DNA of 64,000 bases from the human T2T-CHM13v2.0 reference genome, Homo sapiens. The notes under the pieces were generated by a model. The model was not told where the DNA came from, did not search any database, and saw nothing but the letters and a program-made list of their open reading frames with translations. How positions within the stretch are numbered: position 1 is the stretch's first letter; the number at the start of each line of letters is the position of its first letter. The translations under genes and the position numbers were made by a program. The stretch is from assembly GCF_009914755.1 (NCBI RefSeq), contig NC_060927.1. One strand, given 5' to 3'. Below, piece by piece: positions 1-16,484 of the stretch.

Positions 1-169
1 ACATGCCAATTTCCTGTGTTGTAATATTTTTATGCACTTTAAGAAGACCACCAGAAACAGCAGAGTGAGTGAATGAGTGAGTGAAATTCCTGTTTATGTA
101 TTTAGGTTAGAGTGGGTAATATGAAGCCACAGACGGAAAGGAAATGAACACCTTTTAAATGAGGAAGAT

Positions 170-335
170 CTTATTATCCCCATTTTAATATTATCTCCAT
201 TTATAGAAGAAAACTGAAGCCCAGATAATCTCATTAACTTGCACAATATCACAACCTGTCTGTCGGTAGATTTGGGATTTGAATCAGGCCTTACTAGACA
301 CAAGGATCACTTTTTAACAATCACATCACACTGTC
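170..335 (-). mobile_element. MIR SINE relic
   Basis: Reverse MIR core (ccatttatagaagaaaactgaagcccaga ... tcacaacctg ... gggatttgaatc); boundaries approximate. Confidence 0.6.
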
Positions 336-914
336 CCCAAATGACAAGACATCATACTTCCTATTTGACTGGAATCTTGAAGTAAGGGGAGAAATTGTTG
401 CAGCCATAGCACCTTTATTTCCAAGGGTTCTGTAACATTAGAATATTGTCAATGGCTCTGGCCAACAGAACATTGGGAATTGGCTCTAGTTCCTTTCATT
501 TCTATTGATAATGTGATCTTCAGTTCACTTGAGCACATGAAATCTTCCTAAACTTAGTGATGCTTTCTGATTGGCAGGTGTGACTAACACATATCAGTGC
601 AATGGCTCTGGAACTCTTTCCTTATAGAGTCTGATCATCTTGATTCTCAGGCTGAGTACAATTAAACCTTCTCTCATTTATAACTTAGAAAGGTCTCACA
701 ATACCTGGGAGCCAATGTAATGCATGCCTTAATCATCAGTATAATATCAAGAAAGATTTCTTTGCCACAGGGCCTGTTGAAAATACACTGTCAGACAAGA
801 AACCTGGTCTCCCCATGAAGCTTCCATGTGTTTGAACCTGGAGGGCTCTAACAACATGGGGTCTTCCAATCATTTGAAGAAGTGATTGTGTTTATTTGCT
901 CTGTATCCTTTACT

Positions 915-1200
915 TGACTTTCATTTAAATTCCACAAACATTTTCTGAACACCTACCAAGTGCCAGGCACCGCACTAGACCCTGGGGAAATTACAAAGAT
1001 AAAGAAGACCTTGTCCTAGTTTCATTCTTGCAGAAGAGCCCAGCATATAAACAAACAAGTATTTATTGCACTTTGCAGAAAGAATTAGGGCTAATTAGTT
1101 ATTCCTGTACCTAGTGTTGGGAGCCCAGGACAAGGTGTTAATTCTGACAGCAGGGGATATGGAAGTGATGTTGAGGGATGAGCATGGTGTTGATAAACAA
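915..1200 (-). mobile_element. L2 3' end relic
   Basis: cacaaacattttctgaacacctaccaagtgccaggcaccgcactag resembles the reverse L2 3' terminus. Confidence 0.5.
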
Positions 1201-1309
1201 GGAAAGGAGCTAGATTTATCTTTGCGGGCAACCAATACAAAACAGGAAGCAACATTCTTCAATTGTTTTCATACATAGTTTTGTCTGTAGGTTAGTACGC
1301 ATAGATAAT

Positions 1310-1357
1310 ATGTGTGTGTGTGCATATATGTGTGTCTGTGTCTGTGTATGTATGTGT
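1310..1357. repeat. imperfect (TG)n microsatellite
   Basis: tgtgtgtgtgtgcatatatgtgtgtctgtgtctgtgtatgtatgtgt. Confidence 0.85.
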
Positions 1358-2733
1358 AGGAAAGAGTCACTGAGATGCAAAGAGAACTATTTCATATCTG
1401 GCCAGCCATAGGATGTTTATCACTAGTTTTCCGTGACTTGGGCTTAAAGGCCAACCTCTTACCTGCAAGACATAGAGAAAGCCATGACAGCATGATTATA
1501 CTAATATTTCTGATCATCTGCAAAACTTATCATGTGGCAATCACCTGGACTTAAAATCTCCCGTTGAGATTTGGTTGTTAGCACAGCCCAAATAGGCTGC
1601 TCCCATTTTATTGTTTTAGTTTGCTAGACCCAGGCTGTGTTTATATTGAGGAGAGAAATAATTTTTTCCCATAAAAATGATTTGCAGAAACTGCCACTCT
1701 GCACTTCTGCAGGTTCATTTTAAAAGGATTTGGTAGAATCTGTTTGTTAGCAGGAAAAGAAAAGAGCAATATTGCCCCAGTTTTCACCACAGAGAGTAAT
1801 GGGAAGTGACAGCCTAGGGCAGGCTGAAGTGGTGACAGCAGAAATAGTTCAGTGGTAAATGAGGAGGAGAATGATATTTATTGAACACCTGCTATGTTCC
1901 AGGCACAACTCTAAGCATGTTTTATGTATTGTTTCATTAACTCTGTAAAGATAAAATGGAATTATGCATGCAAAAATGTTTTATAATATGCTCTACGAAT
2001 GTTAGGTATAATTAATATTTTCCTATACTGTAAAGCCTTCTAAGATTCATTTGAGACCAGTCTCTTCTGTTTTCAAATGTTAATCTACATTGAAGCAGCA
2101 GCAGGTCAGTTTTCTCTTATGAATAACTTCTAAGTAAGAAAAAGGTGATGAGAGAAGCAGATGGATTGACTCTTGAGATAGGAGAATGAAAATGTGTGCT
2201 GAAAGGGTTTATTATTTAGATTTTTGTTTTTGATTCTTCCTTTGGCTTTGACCTTATGAACTGCTGCTAGAGCAGCCAATGTGGTATCAGAAGTGAGCAG
2301 CCCTTTTATTCTGCTCTCCACTCCCATCATGGCTGAAGACGTGTAGCAATAGGGAGTTGGACTTGCCCTTCTAGTAAAGGTAAATGGCTTCCTGACCCAC
2401 AAGTTGTGATCAAACACTGTAGACAATTTCATTAGACATTCCAGCCCTATTAGACCTCAGTAGACCTCAGTATATCTCAGTGTCCAGATATAAAAAATCT
2501 GCTGGTTGAGAAATGGCCAGTGGAAAACAAACCACTCATTCCAGATTTTAAAGGGGCTGATACTCAAGTTTCTGCCCTGGGACCAGAAACAATTGACTTC
2601 TTGTTCTACTAGGAAGGAATGGCTGATATTGCACCATTTAAACCTCCTAGTGTTGGATGTATCTCAGAGCCAGTCTATCTTTTACTGCATCCCTCCCCAG
2701 AACAAGAGCTAAAATGGTTTAATAAACTGTGCA

Positions 2734-2831
2734 ATATATATACATACATATATACATACATATATATGCTATACACACATATATATATGCACACGCACGT
2801 GCGCACACACACACACAAACACACACACACA
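2734..2831. repeat. compound (TA)n/(CA)n microsatellite
   Basis: atatatatacatacata...cacacacacacaaacacacacacaca. Confidence 0.9.
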
Positions 2832-3524
2832 ATGAAGGCACAAAAGAGAAACTGGAAGAACCAGAGGCAAATCTCATTTCCTTTTATTTCTATTTTACAT
2901 CAGCTTCTTTCACTATGTATCTTGACTGATCTTCAGCAGCTTTCACTATTTGAAGCCAAGTCTAAATTCCTTAGTAAGATGCCTGGTCAAATGCTTTATC
3001 AAGCCTACAACCTTATCTCTCAATAATTTCCTTTGCTTACCTTACACTGTAGCCCCATTATATTTCTCCAGATTCCTAGCAGGCCCCATGTCTTCTCTCC
3101 TTCATGCTTTCATCTTAATGTTCTTAGTGTCTATGGTATCTTCTTCTTCATACATCTAAATCTCACTCTTCCTCTTAGTTCCCTCTCAAGCGCTATCCAG
3201 CCAAGAAGCCTTTTCAGCTACCTCCTCTCTTCTCTCCAGCTAATAATGACCCTTATTCCTCTGAAATATGTCATGCTCAGAGCACTTCACCCAAAGCACT
3301 TGACATTTGTTATTGCAGACTCCACATAGGTGGTATTTGATTCATATCAATGTATACATCATCATCTTCTTAAAGACAGCATTTTTACTACTTACTCATT
3401 TTTCAAGACAAACCTTCACATGGCTTTTTACAATCCTGCCTTATTTGATCTGAATTAGATCTCATGACCATTTGGGACTGCATTTGATACTGTATTTTAA
3501 TCTCATGATTGAGGAGAGACAGAG

Positions 3525-3650
3525 AGAGTAGGTGCCTTTGAGTCAGACCTGGTTGCCAGTCCCAGCCCTTAGTGATCTCGGACAAGTTATCTAACCCTTT
3601 AAAACCTCAGTTTCTGCCCTTCAGATGAATACAATGACTCTCTGCCTGGG
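3525..3650 (+). mobile_element. MIR SINE relic
   Basis: gtcagacctggttg...gtgatctcggacaagttatctaaccc...cctcagtttc matches the MIR core. Confidence 0.6.
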
Positions 3651-3656
3651 TAGTTA

Positions 3657-3837
3657 CTATAGTAGATTGAATAGTAACCCTGAAAAAATAAAATATGTGT
3701 CCACATCCCAATCCCCAGAACATGTGAATGTCACCTTATTTGGGAAAGAAGTCTTTGTAGATGTAATCGAGTTAAGGATCTTGAGATAGACAGATCATCC
3801 TGGATGATCCAGATATGTCTTAAATCTAATGATAAGT

Positions 3838-3843
<6 letters not shown>
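3657..3843 (+). mobile_element. MLT1 (A/B/C-like) MaLR LTR, 5' part, interrupted by L1
   Basis: aatccccagaacatgtgaatgtcaccttatttggg...gtagatgtaatcgagttaaggatcttgagat is typical of MLT1; the sequence continues at 9894. Confidence 0.8.
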
Positions 3844-3878
<35 letters not shown>

Positions 3879-4081
3879 TATACTTTAAGTTTTAGGGTAC
3901 ATGTGCACATTGTGCAGGTTAGTTACATATGTATACATGTGCCATGCTGGTGCGCTGCACCCACCAACGTGTCATCTATCATTAGGTATATCTCCCAGTG
4001 CTATCCCTCCCCCCTCCCCCGACCCCACCACAGTCCCCAGAGTGTGATATTCCCCTTCCTGTGTCCTTGTGATCTCATTGT

Positions 4082-7936
<3,855 letters not shown>

Positions 7937-7990
7937 TTAGTTTATGCAGTTTCTTCCTAGTCTCGATGGTCTTTACATTTTGGCATGATT

Positions 7991-8989
7991 TTACAGCGGC
8001 TGGTACCGGTTGTTCCTTTCCATGTTTAGCGCTTCCTTCAGGAGCTCTTTTAGGGCAAGCCTGGTGTTGACAAAATCTCTCAGCATTTCCTTGTCTATAA
8101 AGTATTTTATTTCTCCTTCACTTATGAAGCTTAGTTTGGCTGGATATGAAATTCTGGGTTGAAAATTCTTTTCTTTAAGAATGTTGAATATTGGCCCCCA
8201 CTCTCTTCTGGCTTGTAGGGTTTCTGCCGAGAGATCCGCTGTTAGTCTGATGGGCTTTCCTTTGAGGGTAACCCGACCTTTCTCTCTGGCTGCCCTTAAC
8301 ATTTTTTCCTTCATTTCAACTTTGGTGAATCTGACAATTATGTGTCTTGGAGTTGCTCTTCTCGAGGAGTATCTTTGTGGCGTTCTCTGTATTTCCTGAA
8401 TCTGAACGTTGGCCTGCCTTGCTAGATTGGGGAAGTTCTCCTGGATAATATCCTGCAGAGTGTTTTCCAACTTGGTTCCATTCTCCACATCACTTTCAGG
8501 TACACCAATCAGACGTAGATTTGGTCTTTTCACATAGTCCCATATTTCTTGGAGGCTTTGTTCATTTCTTTTTATTCTTTTTTCTCTAAACTTCCCTTCT
8601 CGCTTCATTTCATTTATTTCATCTTCCATTGCTGATACCCTTTCTTCCAGTTGATCGCATCGGCTCCTGAGGCTTCTGCATTCTTCACGTAGTTCTCGAG
8701 CCTTGGTTTTCAGCTCCATCAGCTCCTTTAAGCACTTCTCTGTATTGGTTATTCTAGTTATACATTCTTCTAAATTTTTTTCAAAGTTTTCAACTTCTTT
8801 GCCTTTGGTTTGAATGTCCTCCCGTAGCTCAGAGTAATTTGATTGTCTGAAGCCTTCTTCTCTCAGCTCGTCAAAATCATTCTCCATCCAGCTTTGTTCC
8901 ATTGCTGGTGAGGAACTGCGTTCCTTTGGAGGAGGAGAGGCGCTCTGCGTTTTAGAGTTTCCAGTTTTTCTGTTCTGTTTTTTCCCCAT
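7991..8989 (-). CDS. L1 ORF1: L1 ORF1p RNA-binding protein, 332 aa (6 aa short, Q333*)
   Basis: MGKKQNRKTGNSKTQ start; REKG, ARR and YPAKLS motifs intact; the canonical stop is still in frame at 7973-7975. Confidence 0.9.
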   Translation of the reverse strand: MGKKQNRKTGNSKTQSASPPPKERSSSPAMEQSWMENDFDELREEGFRQSNYSELREDIQTKGKEVENFEKNLEECITRITNTEKCLKELMELKTKARELREECRSLRSRCDQLEERVSAMEDEINEMKREGKFREKRIKRNEQSLQEIWDYVKRPNLRLIGVPESDVENGTKLENTLQDIIQENFPNLARQANVQIQEIQRTPQRYSSRRATPRHIIVRFTKVEMKEKMLRAAREKGRVTLKGKPIRLTADLSAETLQARREWGPIFNILKEKNFQPRISYPAKLSFISEGEIKYFIDKEMLRDFVNTRLALKELLKEALNMERNNRYQPL

Positions 8990-9893
8990 CTTTGTGGTTT
9001 TATCTACTTTTGGTCTTTGATGATGGTGATGTACAGATGGGTTTTCGGTGTAGTTGTCCTTTCTGGTTGTTAGTTTTCCTTCTAACAGACAGGACCCTCA
9101 GCTGCAGGTCTGTTGGAATACCCTGCCGTGTGAGGTGTCAGTGTGCCCCTGCTGGGGGGTGCCTCCCAGTTAGGCTGCTCGGGGTCAGGGGTCAGGGACC
9201 CAATTGAGGAGGCAGTCTGCCCGTTCTCAGATCTCCAGCTGCGTGCTGGGAGAACCACTGCTCTCTTCAAAGCTGTCAGACAGGGACACTTAAGTCTGCA
9301 GAGTTTACTGCTGTCTTTTTGTTTGTCTGTGCCCTGCCCCCAGAGGTGGAGCCTACAGAGGCAGGCAGGCCTCCTTGAGCTGTGGTGGGCTCCACCCAGT
9401 TCGAGCTTCCCGGCTGCTTTGTTTACCTAAGCAAGCCCGGGCAATGGCGGGTGCCCCTCCCCCAGCCTCGTTGCCGCCTTGCAGTTTGATCTCAGACTGC
9501 TGTGCTAGCAATCAGCGAGATTCCGTGGGCGTAGGACCCTCTGAGCCAGCTGTGGGACATAGTCTCGTGGTGCGCCGTTTTTTAAGCCGGTCTGAAAAGC
9601 GCAATATTCGGGTGGGAGTGACCCGATTTTCCAGGTGCGTCCGTCACCCCTTTCTTTGACTCGGAAAGGGAACTCCCTGACCCTTGCGCTTCCCAGGTGA
9701 GGCAATGCCTCGCCCTGCTTCGGCTCGCGCACGGTGCGCGCACACACTGGCCTGCGCCCACTGTCTGGCACTCCCTAGTGAGATGAACCCGCTACCTCAG
9801 ATGGAAATGCAGAAATCACCCGTCTTCTGCGTCGCTCACGCTGGGAGCTGTAGACCGGAGCTGTTCCTATTTGGCCATCTTGGCTCCTCCTCC
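8990..9893 (-). promoter_or_regulatory. L1 5' UTR internal sense promoter plus antisense promoter, CpG-rich
   Basis: YY1 site ggccatctt at 9873-9881; many CpGs retained at 9400-9890. Confidence 0.85.
9444..9659 (+). CDS. L1 ORF0: L1 antisense ORF0, 71 aa, intact
   Basis: ATG at 9444 in gcaATGg context; MAGAPPPASLPPCSLISDCC...RCVRHPFL matches the known ORF0 and lies inside track ORF 9375-9659. Confidence 0.85.
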   Translation: MAGAPPPASLPPCSLISDCCASNQRDSVGVGPSEPAVGHSLVVRRFLSRSEKRNIRVGVTRFSRCVRHPFL

Positions 9894-10178
9894 GATAAGT
9901 GTTCTTATACCGCATACGCAAAGGAGAAGTCAGACTCAGAGAAGGCAATGGGAATACATAGACAAAGACTGGAGTGATGTGATCACAGGCCAAAGAAGCC
10001 AGCGACCACCAGAAACCAGAAGCAGCACAGAATATGTTCTCACCTAGAGCCTCTGTAGAGACTGCAGCCTTGCTGAAACCTTGATTGTGGACATCTGACC
10101 TTCAAAACTATAAGAGATTAATTTTTGTTGTTTTAAACCACCAATTGTGTGGCAATTTTTTACAGAATCAAAATACAG
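9894..10178 (+). mobile_element. MLT1 LTR, 3' part
   Basis: cctagagcctctgtagagactgcagccttgctgaaaccttgattgtggacatctgacc...tttttgttgttttaaaccacc; collinear with 3657-3843. Confidence 0.8.
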
Positions 10179-11491
10179 TTATGTTTCTATCTGTCTATCC
10201 TATGAACCTGACAGCTCATGAAGGAAGGAACCTTCCTTCCCTCAAACTGCCAATCCCTGAGGCTAGCTCAGTGTTTGGAGCAATAATATATGTTTGATAA
10301 ATAGTACAGAGCATATTTTCTGCTTAGCCCTTTAAATGACCATGTGGAATTGAGATTTTATCACTAAAAAGGAAAGAAAACTTAAAAAAAGATTAGAGAA
10401 GGATTTAGAGGAAGAAAATCTCTTCATTTAAGACTTTATGCTCCAAACTGTTTTTTTTTTAATTCATTTATTATCAGTCCCAAAAAACCAGGACAGTCTG
10501 AATGTATAATTTAGATCAGAGACAATGGAATTTCTCTCCTTTTCCTTTAGTCGTCAATTAGCATTTATCAGGTGCCTACTCTGTGCAGAGGCCTATACTG
10601 TATTAGGCTGTCTTAGTATCCACATTTCACTGTCTTGACTGATGATCAACTACTTATTCCTGTGACTTACATGGAGAATGTCCATCCCCTTCTAGGAATA
10701 CTCCACCCAGTTCTAGTGGGCTAGAACCTTGTCCATGGTGCTGAATAGATGTGATGTGCCTATCAGAATGATCACAGCACAGCCAGCCTAGTAGCTTTAT
10801 ATAAAATATACAGGCATAACAGCAGAAGGGTGGGTCATTTTAGTAAAATGTTTGCTTACATAAAGAAGTATTACATAAAGAAGGATTTACAGAACTCTAC
10901 AAATATCTCATTCATGCATCTTTCATCTGAATGTTTATTAAGTCAATCTTCTATATCAGACACTCTGCTAGGTGTTGGAGAAAAATGGACCTTATGATGA
11001 AAGTGTCCTCAGTTTAGTGAGGGAGACAAATGCACATAATAGAAAAGGCTAGTATTAAAACAGACAGGTCTAAATTACTGAGGACAATGGGGGAATAGCC
11101 AAAGAAGCACAAAAAAACTGGGATGTGTTTTGTTTCCGTTCTTTTGTTCATTTCTTCACTCATTCATTCCTTCATTCAACATCACTTGCCTTGTAAAGTA
11201 GCAAAGTTTTCAGTCCTTGTGGGTGACTTGAGCCCTGGCAGCCAGATGATCTCTCATGGAATGCTTTCTGCAGTAATTGCGGGTTTGACATTGATAGTAT
11301 TTAATTCCCTTATAGTTTAAGATTCTAGATTTTCATCATGTAGAGTGAAAGAAACAGAAGAGAACAAAAGAAGGGAAGATAATTTATATCTACTGTAAAA
11401 TACTAGCTCCTCTATTAATAGTATTTCATCGAATATTTCCAAAAAGCCTATGTAATCCGATAGTATTTTCTGATTTTACAAGTAAGGCAGA

Positions 11492-11903
11492 TGATACATT
11501 GTGACTACATGTCCCCACCAAATCTCATGTTGAATTGTAATCCCTGATGTTGGAGGTGGGGCCTGGTGGGAGATGTTTGGGTCATGGGGGCAAATCCTTC
11601 ATGGCTTGGTGTTATCCTCATGATAGTGAGTGAATTCTTGCAAGATCTGGTTGTTGTAAAGTGTGACGGCTCCTCCTCCCCGAATCTTTCTATTCATCCT
11701 GCTTTTGCCATGTGATATGCCTGCTCCCCCCTTCACCTTCCACCGTAACTGTAAGCTTCAGAGGCCTCCCTAAAAGCTGAGCACATGCCAGCACCATGCT
11801 TTCTGTAAAGCTTAAAGAACCATGAGCCAATTAAACCTATATTGTTTATAAATCACCCAGTCTCAGGTATTTCTTTATAGCAATGCAAGAACAGCCTAAT
11901 ACA
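11492..11903 (+). mobile_element. MSTA/MSTB MaLR solo LTR inserted in a MIR
   Basis: tgata...ccccaccaaatctcatgttgaattgtaatccc ... catgagccaattaaacc...cccagtctcaggtatttctttatagcaatgcaagaacagcctaataca; MIR-like flanks at ~11410-11491 and 11904-12000. Confidence 0.9.
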
Positions 11904-12854
11904 AGAGAAGATACTAAGATTACATAACTTTCTGAAAGTCACATAATCAGCAAATGGAGAAGTTGAGATTCCAAAAATGTCTTATTGAATCCAAAGCCTG
12001 AAGATACCCTGAAATTTTCTCACACAATCAGACTGGGATTTCATTTTATGTACTATGTTACAAGTGATGCCAGGGTATAATTAGGTCATTCCCATACCTT
12101 AATTACTAAGCCCCTTTGGTTTGTAAGCTATGATGTACTGACCACCGTAGATGCTGCCATATAATGTGAATGTCCAAATGCTGTCAGTCACAGGCTTGAG
12201 GAGGAGAATTCACTGTTGTTAGCTTTTTCTAAGAAAGAGGACCAGGTATTAATCTCTAGGTAGCACTGGGCTCAGTGACAGCTGTCCTAAGTTGTAACTT
12301 TTTCTGTTTTTACTGAAATAACTCATCATGATATTCTATTTGTCACTTGTCAAGGAAATCAATATAGTCTAGAACTGTTACCTCGCCAGGATCTGTATTG
12401 GACTATTTATGGTCAAAGGCAAGTTTACCAACAGAGTAGGAGGGGCAAAGCAGATAAAAGGATCTGGATCTTTCTGTAAATATTGAGTGGCTTGTGTGTC
12501 CCTTGGAAAACTAAGGCATAGAGGACATTTACAAAGGGAGGGGGACTGGAAAAGAGGAAATGAAAGACCTTTTTAAAAATAAGGACAATTATATTTGCTT
12601 GGTAGAGCTGTTGTGAGGATTAAACAGGATATTATACATTGTATAGTGTTGAGTATAGTGCCTGGCACAAAGCAGATAGTGAATGAGTCATATCCATTAT
12701 TAGGCACTGGAGAGGAAGAAAGATAAAAAGACCATAAGTAAAAATAACATCCACAGCAATAGCACAGAATTCTTCAGTGCCGGGAGTGAAAAGAAGTAAG
12801 TCGCCAACATGAAAAGTAGAGATAGTATCCTTTGTTTCCATTGGTTATTAAGGT

Positions 12855-13600
12855 GTTTCATTCATTTAAATATTTGTCAAGCAGGAAACACTGTGCTAGG
12901 TACTGAGGAGATGGAGACAAGTAAGAAATGATGTTTGCCTGCAAGACTTCAAGTCTAGTTGAGGAAACAGAGATAAACATATAATTGTATTGTAGTTTGC
13001 TGAATGAGAAAGATACAATGATGGTGATGTACAGTCCATGAGCACAGGATCCATATGTACATTTGCTTGCAATCTTTTCCTCTTACACCCATCACAGTGC
13101 CAGGCACATGGAAAACCCTCAATCAGTATCAGTTGAATGAATAAATATTGAGTGAAAGAATAAGGGAATATGCTAGGGTGGTGAATTAAGGCTATGCTGA
13201 GACAAAAATATTTGAGCTAAGATACCTGATGTCTGAATATTGAGTATTGGGGTGGATGAGGATGGTTGTGTGCATGTGTTGTGAGAGTGGGGGGGGTATG
13301 GATAAAGAGATGCCAAATCCATGGGGAAAGTGTAGGAAAGACACGGTGGCATGAAACAGCAGGGACCACACGAGAATAGAGAACATTTGGGAGCATAGGC
13401 AGCACTGGGAATGAAGCCGAAGTGGTAGATAGTAACAGATTAAAATATAAGCAGCTTCTACTGATTTGTTCATTCCTTCACTTAAAAGGTATCCACTGAG
13501 TGCTTACCATGTGTGGAGACTATTAATAGGTTTTGACAATAACACGTTGACCAAACCAGGCAAAATTTCTTATCTCATGGAGCATGCATTCTCATGAGAC
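12855..13600. mobile_element. cluster of short L2 3'-end relics
   Basis: tcattcatttaaatatttg...ctgtgctaggtactg (-), acagtgccaggcacat...gttgaatgaat (+), tcattcc...actgagtgcttaccatgtg (-). Confidence 0.45.
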
Positions 13601-14599
13601 AAACAGCAAAAACCATTTAAAACGTTTAGTATGTTGAATTGTAATTAGTAATATGGAGAAAAGTAAATCCTGAAAGAAGGTGTATGGAGGATGGCTGAGA
13701 AAAAGGTGTATGGAGGAAGTATAGCTCATGAGACCTAGTGGTTTCAAACTCTACAATTTTTTCTTTTAGGATTTGAACTTGCAAAGCCAGGTTACCTTTG
13801 TTCTCATGCACTGTGACTTGACTTGAGCTTATGGCCTCCATCTGAAGTCTGGTGCCTAGGGTTCATAATTACACTGGTGACTTTGCAAGGCTTTTTGAAC
13901 CTTTTTAGCCATCCTATATGTAATATCATAAAGAGTTCATTTTTTCTGTTTTAAAAAAAGAATAATTATTGATTTATTACCAATTGTGATTTATAAACAC
14001 TATCATCAATATTATGGAACTAGATTTCAATACTCATAAACACTTCTACTAAATCTCTCACATCAGCTTAATTAAGGACTGATTTTTCTTATCCCTTAAA
14101 ATATGAATAATATTTATTTAATTTCTTGCTTCAGGCACAGAAAAGCTTGGTTGTGTTCTCCATACAGCTTTCTGGTTACTGGTTTTGAGGGTACAATAGC
14201 TCTATGCCCTTTGCTTGCTGTAATTACTCCGGCATTAAATGCTTATCTTAGGGAAGGAGTGAAATATCTGGGTAACTTTTTAACAAATTAATTATCTTAA
14301 ATATTTTTGAGTAAAAGCAGGTATAAATTAATGAAAGAGTCTCCTAATTAGTATTGGGATCTTCTCTGTTCTCTGTTGTACAGTGAGAAGTGTAAGGGTA
14401 TTAAATGGAAACGCAAGTTGCCTTTTATTTAGGCAGAATGTGAATAGGGCTATTTGCTCATTTTCACCATTACTGGTAGGTACCCAGTGACATAAAATCA
14501 ACTCTGCATGTCCTTGGAAGGGACTTTCAGACTGAACCACTTTGCATTGTTCTCCAGGCCCCCAAATACTGCAGGGGTGAGCCCTTCTGTCCTCTCATT

Positions 14600-15280
14600 C
14601 CTTCACAAGATCTCAATAAGAATGGAACTGCAAATGCTGAAACTTTGGGGTTCTCGGCTTACTCCATACCTCCTACCTGCCCATCATCCCTGTCTTCACT
14701 GTTTTGCAACACTTCTTGCACTGCTTTTTTCCCCTCAGCTTGCAAACAGCTCAAACCTCTTCCATATTAAAAAAAAATAAAATTTTAACCATCATATTTC
14801 ACCAATCTCCTTTCTTTTCTCTTTCACAATAAAACGTCTTGAAAGAGTTGTCTGTATTCACCTCCTCTCCCTCACTTTTCTTTCTTACTTGTTCACTTTC
14901 ACACTACAATTTGTGTTCAGCAACATCATTTCCACTATACACTCTACAGAGATTGTTCTTGGTAGAGATGCCACTGACTTCAAGTTTTTTAAGGCAGTAG
15001 GCTAGTGTCATTTTATTTTTTGATAGCATTTGACACTGCTGACAAGTTATCTTCTCCTTTGTTGTTTGCTACACTCCACTCTCCTTTTCTCCTGCTACCT
15101 CCCCAGTGGTTCCTTCTCCTTATGGTTTCCTCTTCTTAGGTTCTTCATTGGTCCTACCTGCATTTATGCACTCCTTTGACTTCAGTTATCATCTATATGC
15201 CAATAATGACTAGATGCACATCTACAACCCAAATTTGTTTTCTAATTTTGGGTTTGCTTATTTAATGGCTTGCTGGTCAT
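14600..15280 (+). mobile_element. L2 ORF2-derived relic
   Basis: Pyrimidine-rich; gcatttgacactgctgac and ttcagttatcatctatatgccaataatgac (degenerate L2 RT YADD region). Confidence 0.55.
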
Positions 15281-15550
15281 CCCCACGGTGGCCTTTGCTT
15301 CATTCTGAAATCAGGGAACTATGTCTACACTGGAGCTGTTGATTCTTATCCACAGTCTGGGCTCCCAACTGTCCAAAGAAGTATGTAGTCTGAGCTGTAC
15401 AAATCTCTCACTCCAGTCTTCTGTCTCCTCCAGAAGTCTTTTTTCTCATAAGTTGATCAAAGTGTTTTTTAGTTTGAATGGCTGATTTGCTTTGCAAAAG
15501 GCGCCAGGAGTCCCTGGAACTCCATTCCTTATGCTTACCTTCTGGTTCCC

Positions 15551-15915
15551 TGTGTCAGAGACTGCCTAGCTCTTCAACAAATCCATTTTTTTTTTCTTTT
15601 TGTGAACATAGTTAAAGATTCCCCAACCTGCTTTGCAGTGGCTGAATGGAAGGTGATATAAATAATTTCCAGACCTGACTCAGAAAAACCTCCTTTGAGA
15701 TGTTTCATTTTTTCTCTTTATTTCCCTATGGCTGAAGGGAGAGGATTCAGATGCCCTAGGGAAGGGTGGAAACAAAAATAACTACATAGTGCAAAGCCTG
15801 CCCCATCTGTTCTGACTCTTATTGAACTTTTCATAGTAAGAAGTAATTATATTGTACTAAGCCACCAAAATTTGGGAGTTTGCATGTTATAAAAGTAAGC
15901 CTACATTAGCCAATA
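15551..15915 (+). mobile_element. MLT1J-like MaLR LTR
   Basis: tgtgtcagagactg start; ttgtactaagccaccaaaatttgggagtttg...aataca end. Confidence 0.6.
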
Positions 15916-16251
15916 CAGTCATACATCACTTAATGATGGGGATACATCTTGAGAAATGTGTCAGGTGATTTCATCACTGTGCTAATATCATAGAGTGTAC
16001 TCACACAAACCTGGATGGTACAATCTAACTGCATGCCTAGGCTGTATATTTTAGCCTATTGCTCCTAAGCCACAGACCTGTAAATATGTTACTGTACTGA
16101 ATACTGTAGAAAATTATAATACAATGGTAAGTATTTGTGTATGTAAACATAGAAAAGGTATAAGAAAAATATAGTATTATAATCATATGGAACAATTTTT
16201 GTATTACGTGGTCCATCATTGTCCAAAATGTTGTTATGCAGCACATGACTG
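15916..16251. mobile_element. Tigger3a (MER7A-type) non-autonomous DNA transposon
   Basis: TIRs cagtcat.../...atgactg flanked by TA; internal catagagtgtactcacacaaacctggatggta and tactgtactgaatactgtag. Confidence 0.85.
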
Positions 16252-16299
16252 TATACCCATATTTCCTAACAGTTAACTATTGTGTAGAACTTAACATGT

Positions 16300-16470
16300 C
16301 CCATTTACTTTATTAACTTATTTACTATTCTCAAAAACTACACAGGGCACACATGAATTATTAACATTCTTTTAAAGATGAGGAAATTGAGGCCAGAGAA
16401 GTTAGGTGTCTAGCTTATGATCATATGACAGGTAAAAACCTTATGTAAACGCTCTTAACCACTATAGACA
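16300..16470 (-). mobile_element. MIR relic
   Basis: ttttaaagatgaggaaattgaggccagagaagttagg...ctcttaaccactata. Confidence 0.65.
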
Positions 16471-16484
16471 GTTTCAAAAGAGAT

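Noticed and set aside
2451-2481. tagacctcag repeats (also attttataaag x2 at ~51912)
   Set aside because: Ordinary short slippage duplications with no spacers; not CRISPR-like.
2619-3026. 135-aa and overlapping ORFs
   Set aside because: They run through a (TA)/(CA) microsatellite and L2-like sequence; low complexity, no domain.
8992-9207. 71-aa plus-strand ORF of the same length as ORF0
   Set aside because: It starts at a non-ATG codon and is not ORF0; the real ORF0 is 9444-9659.
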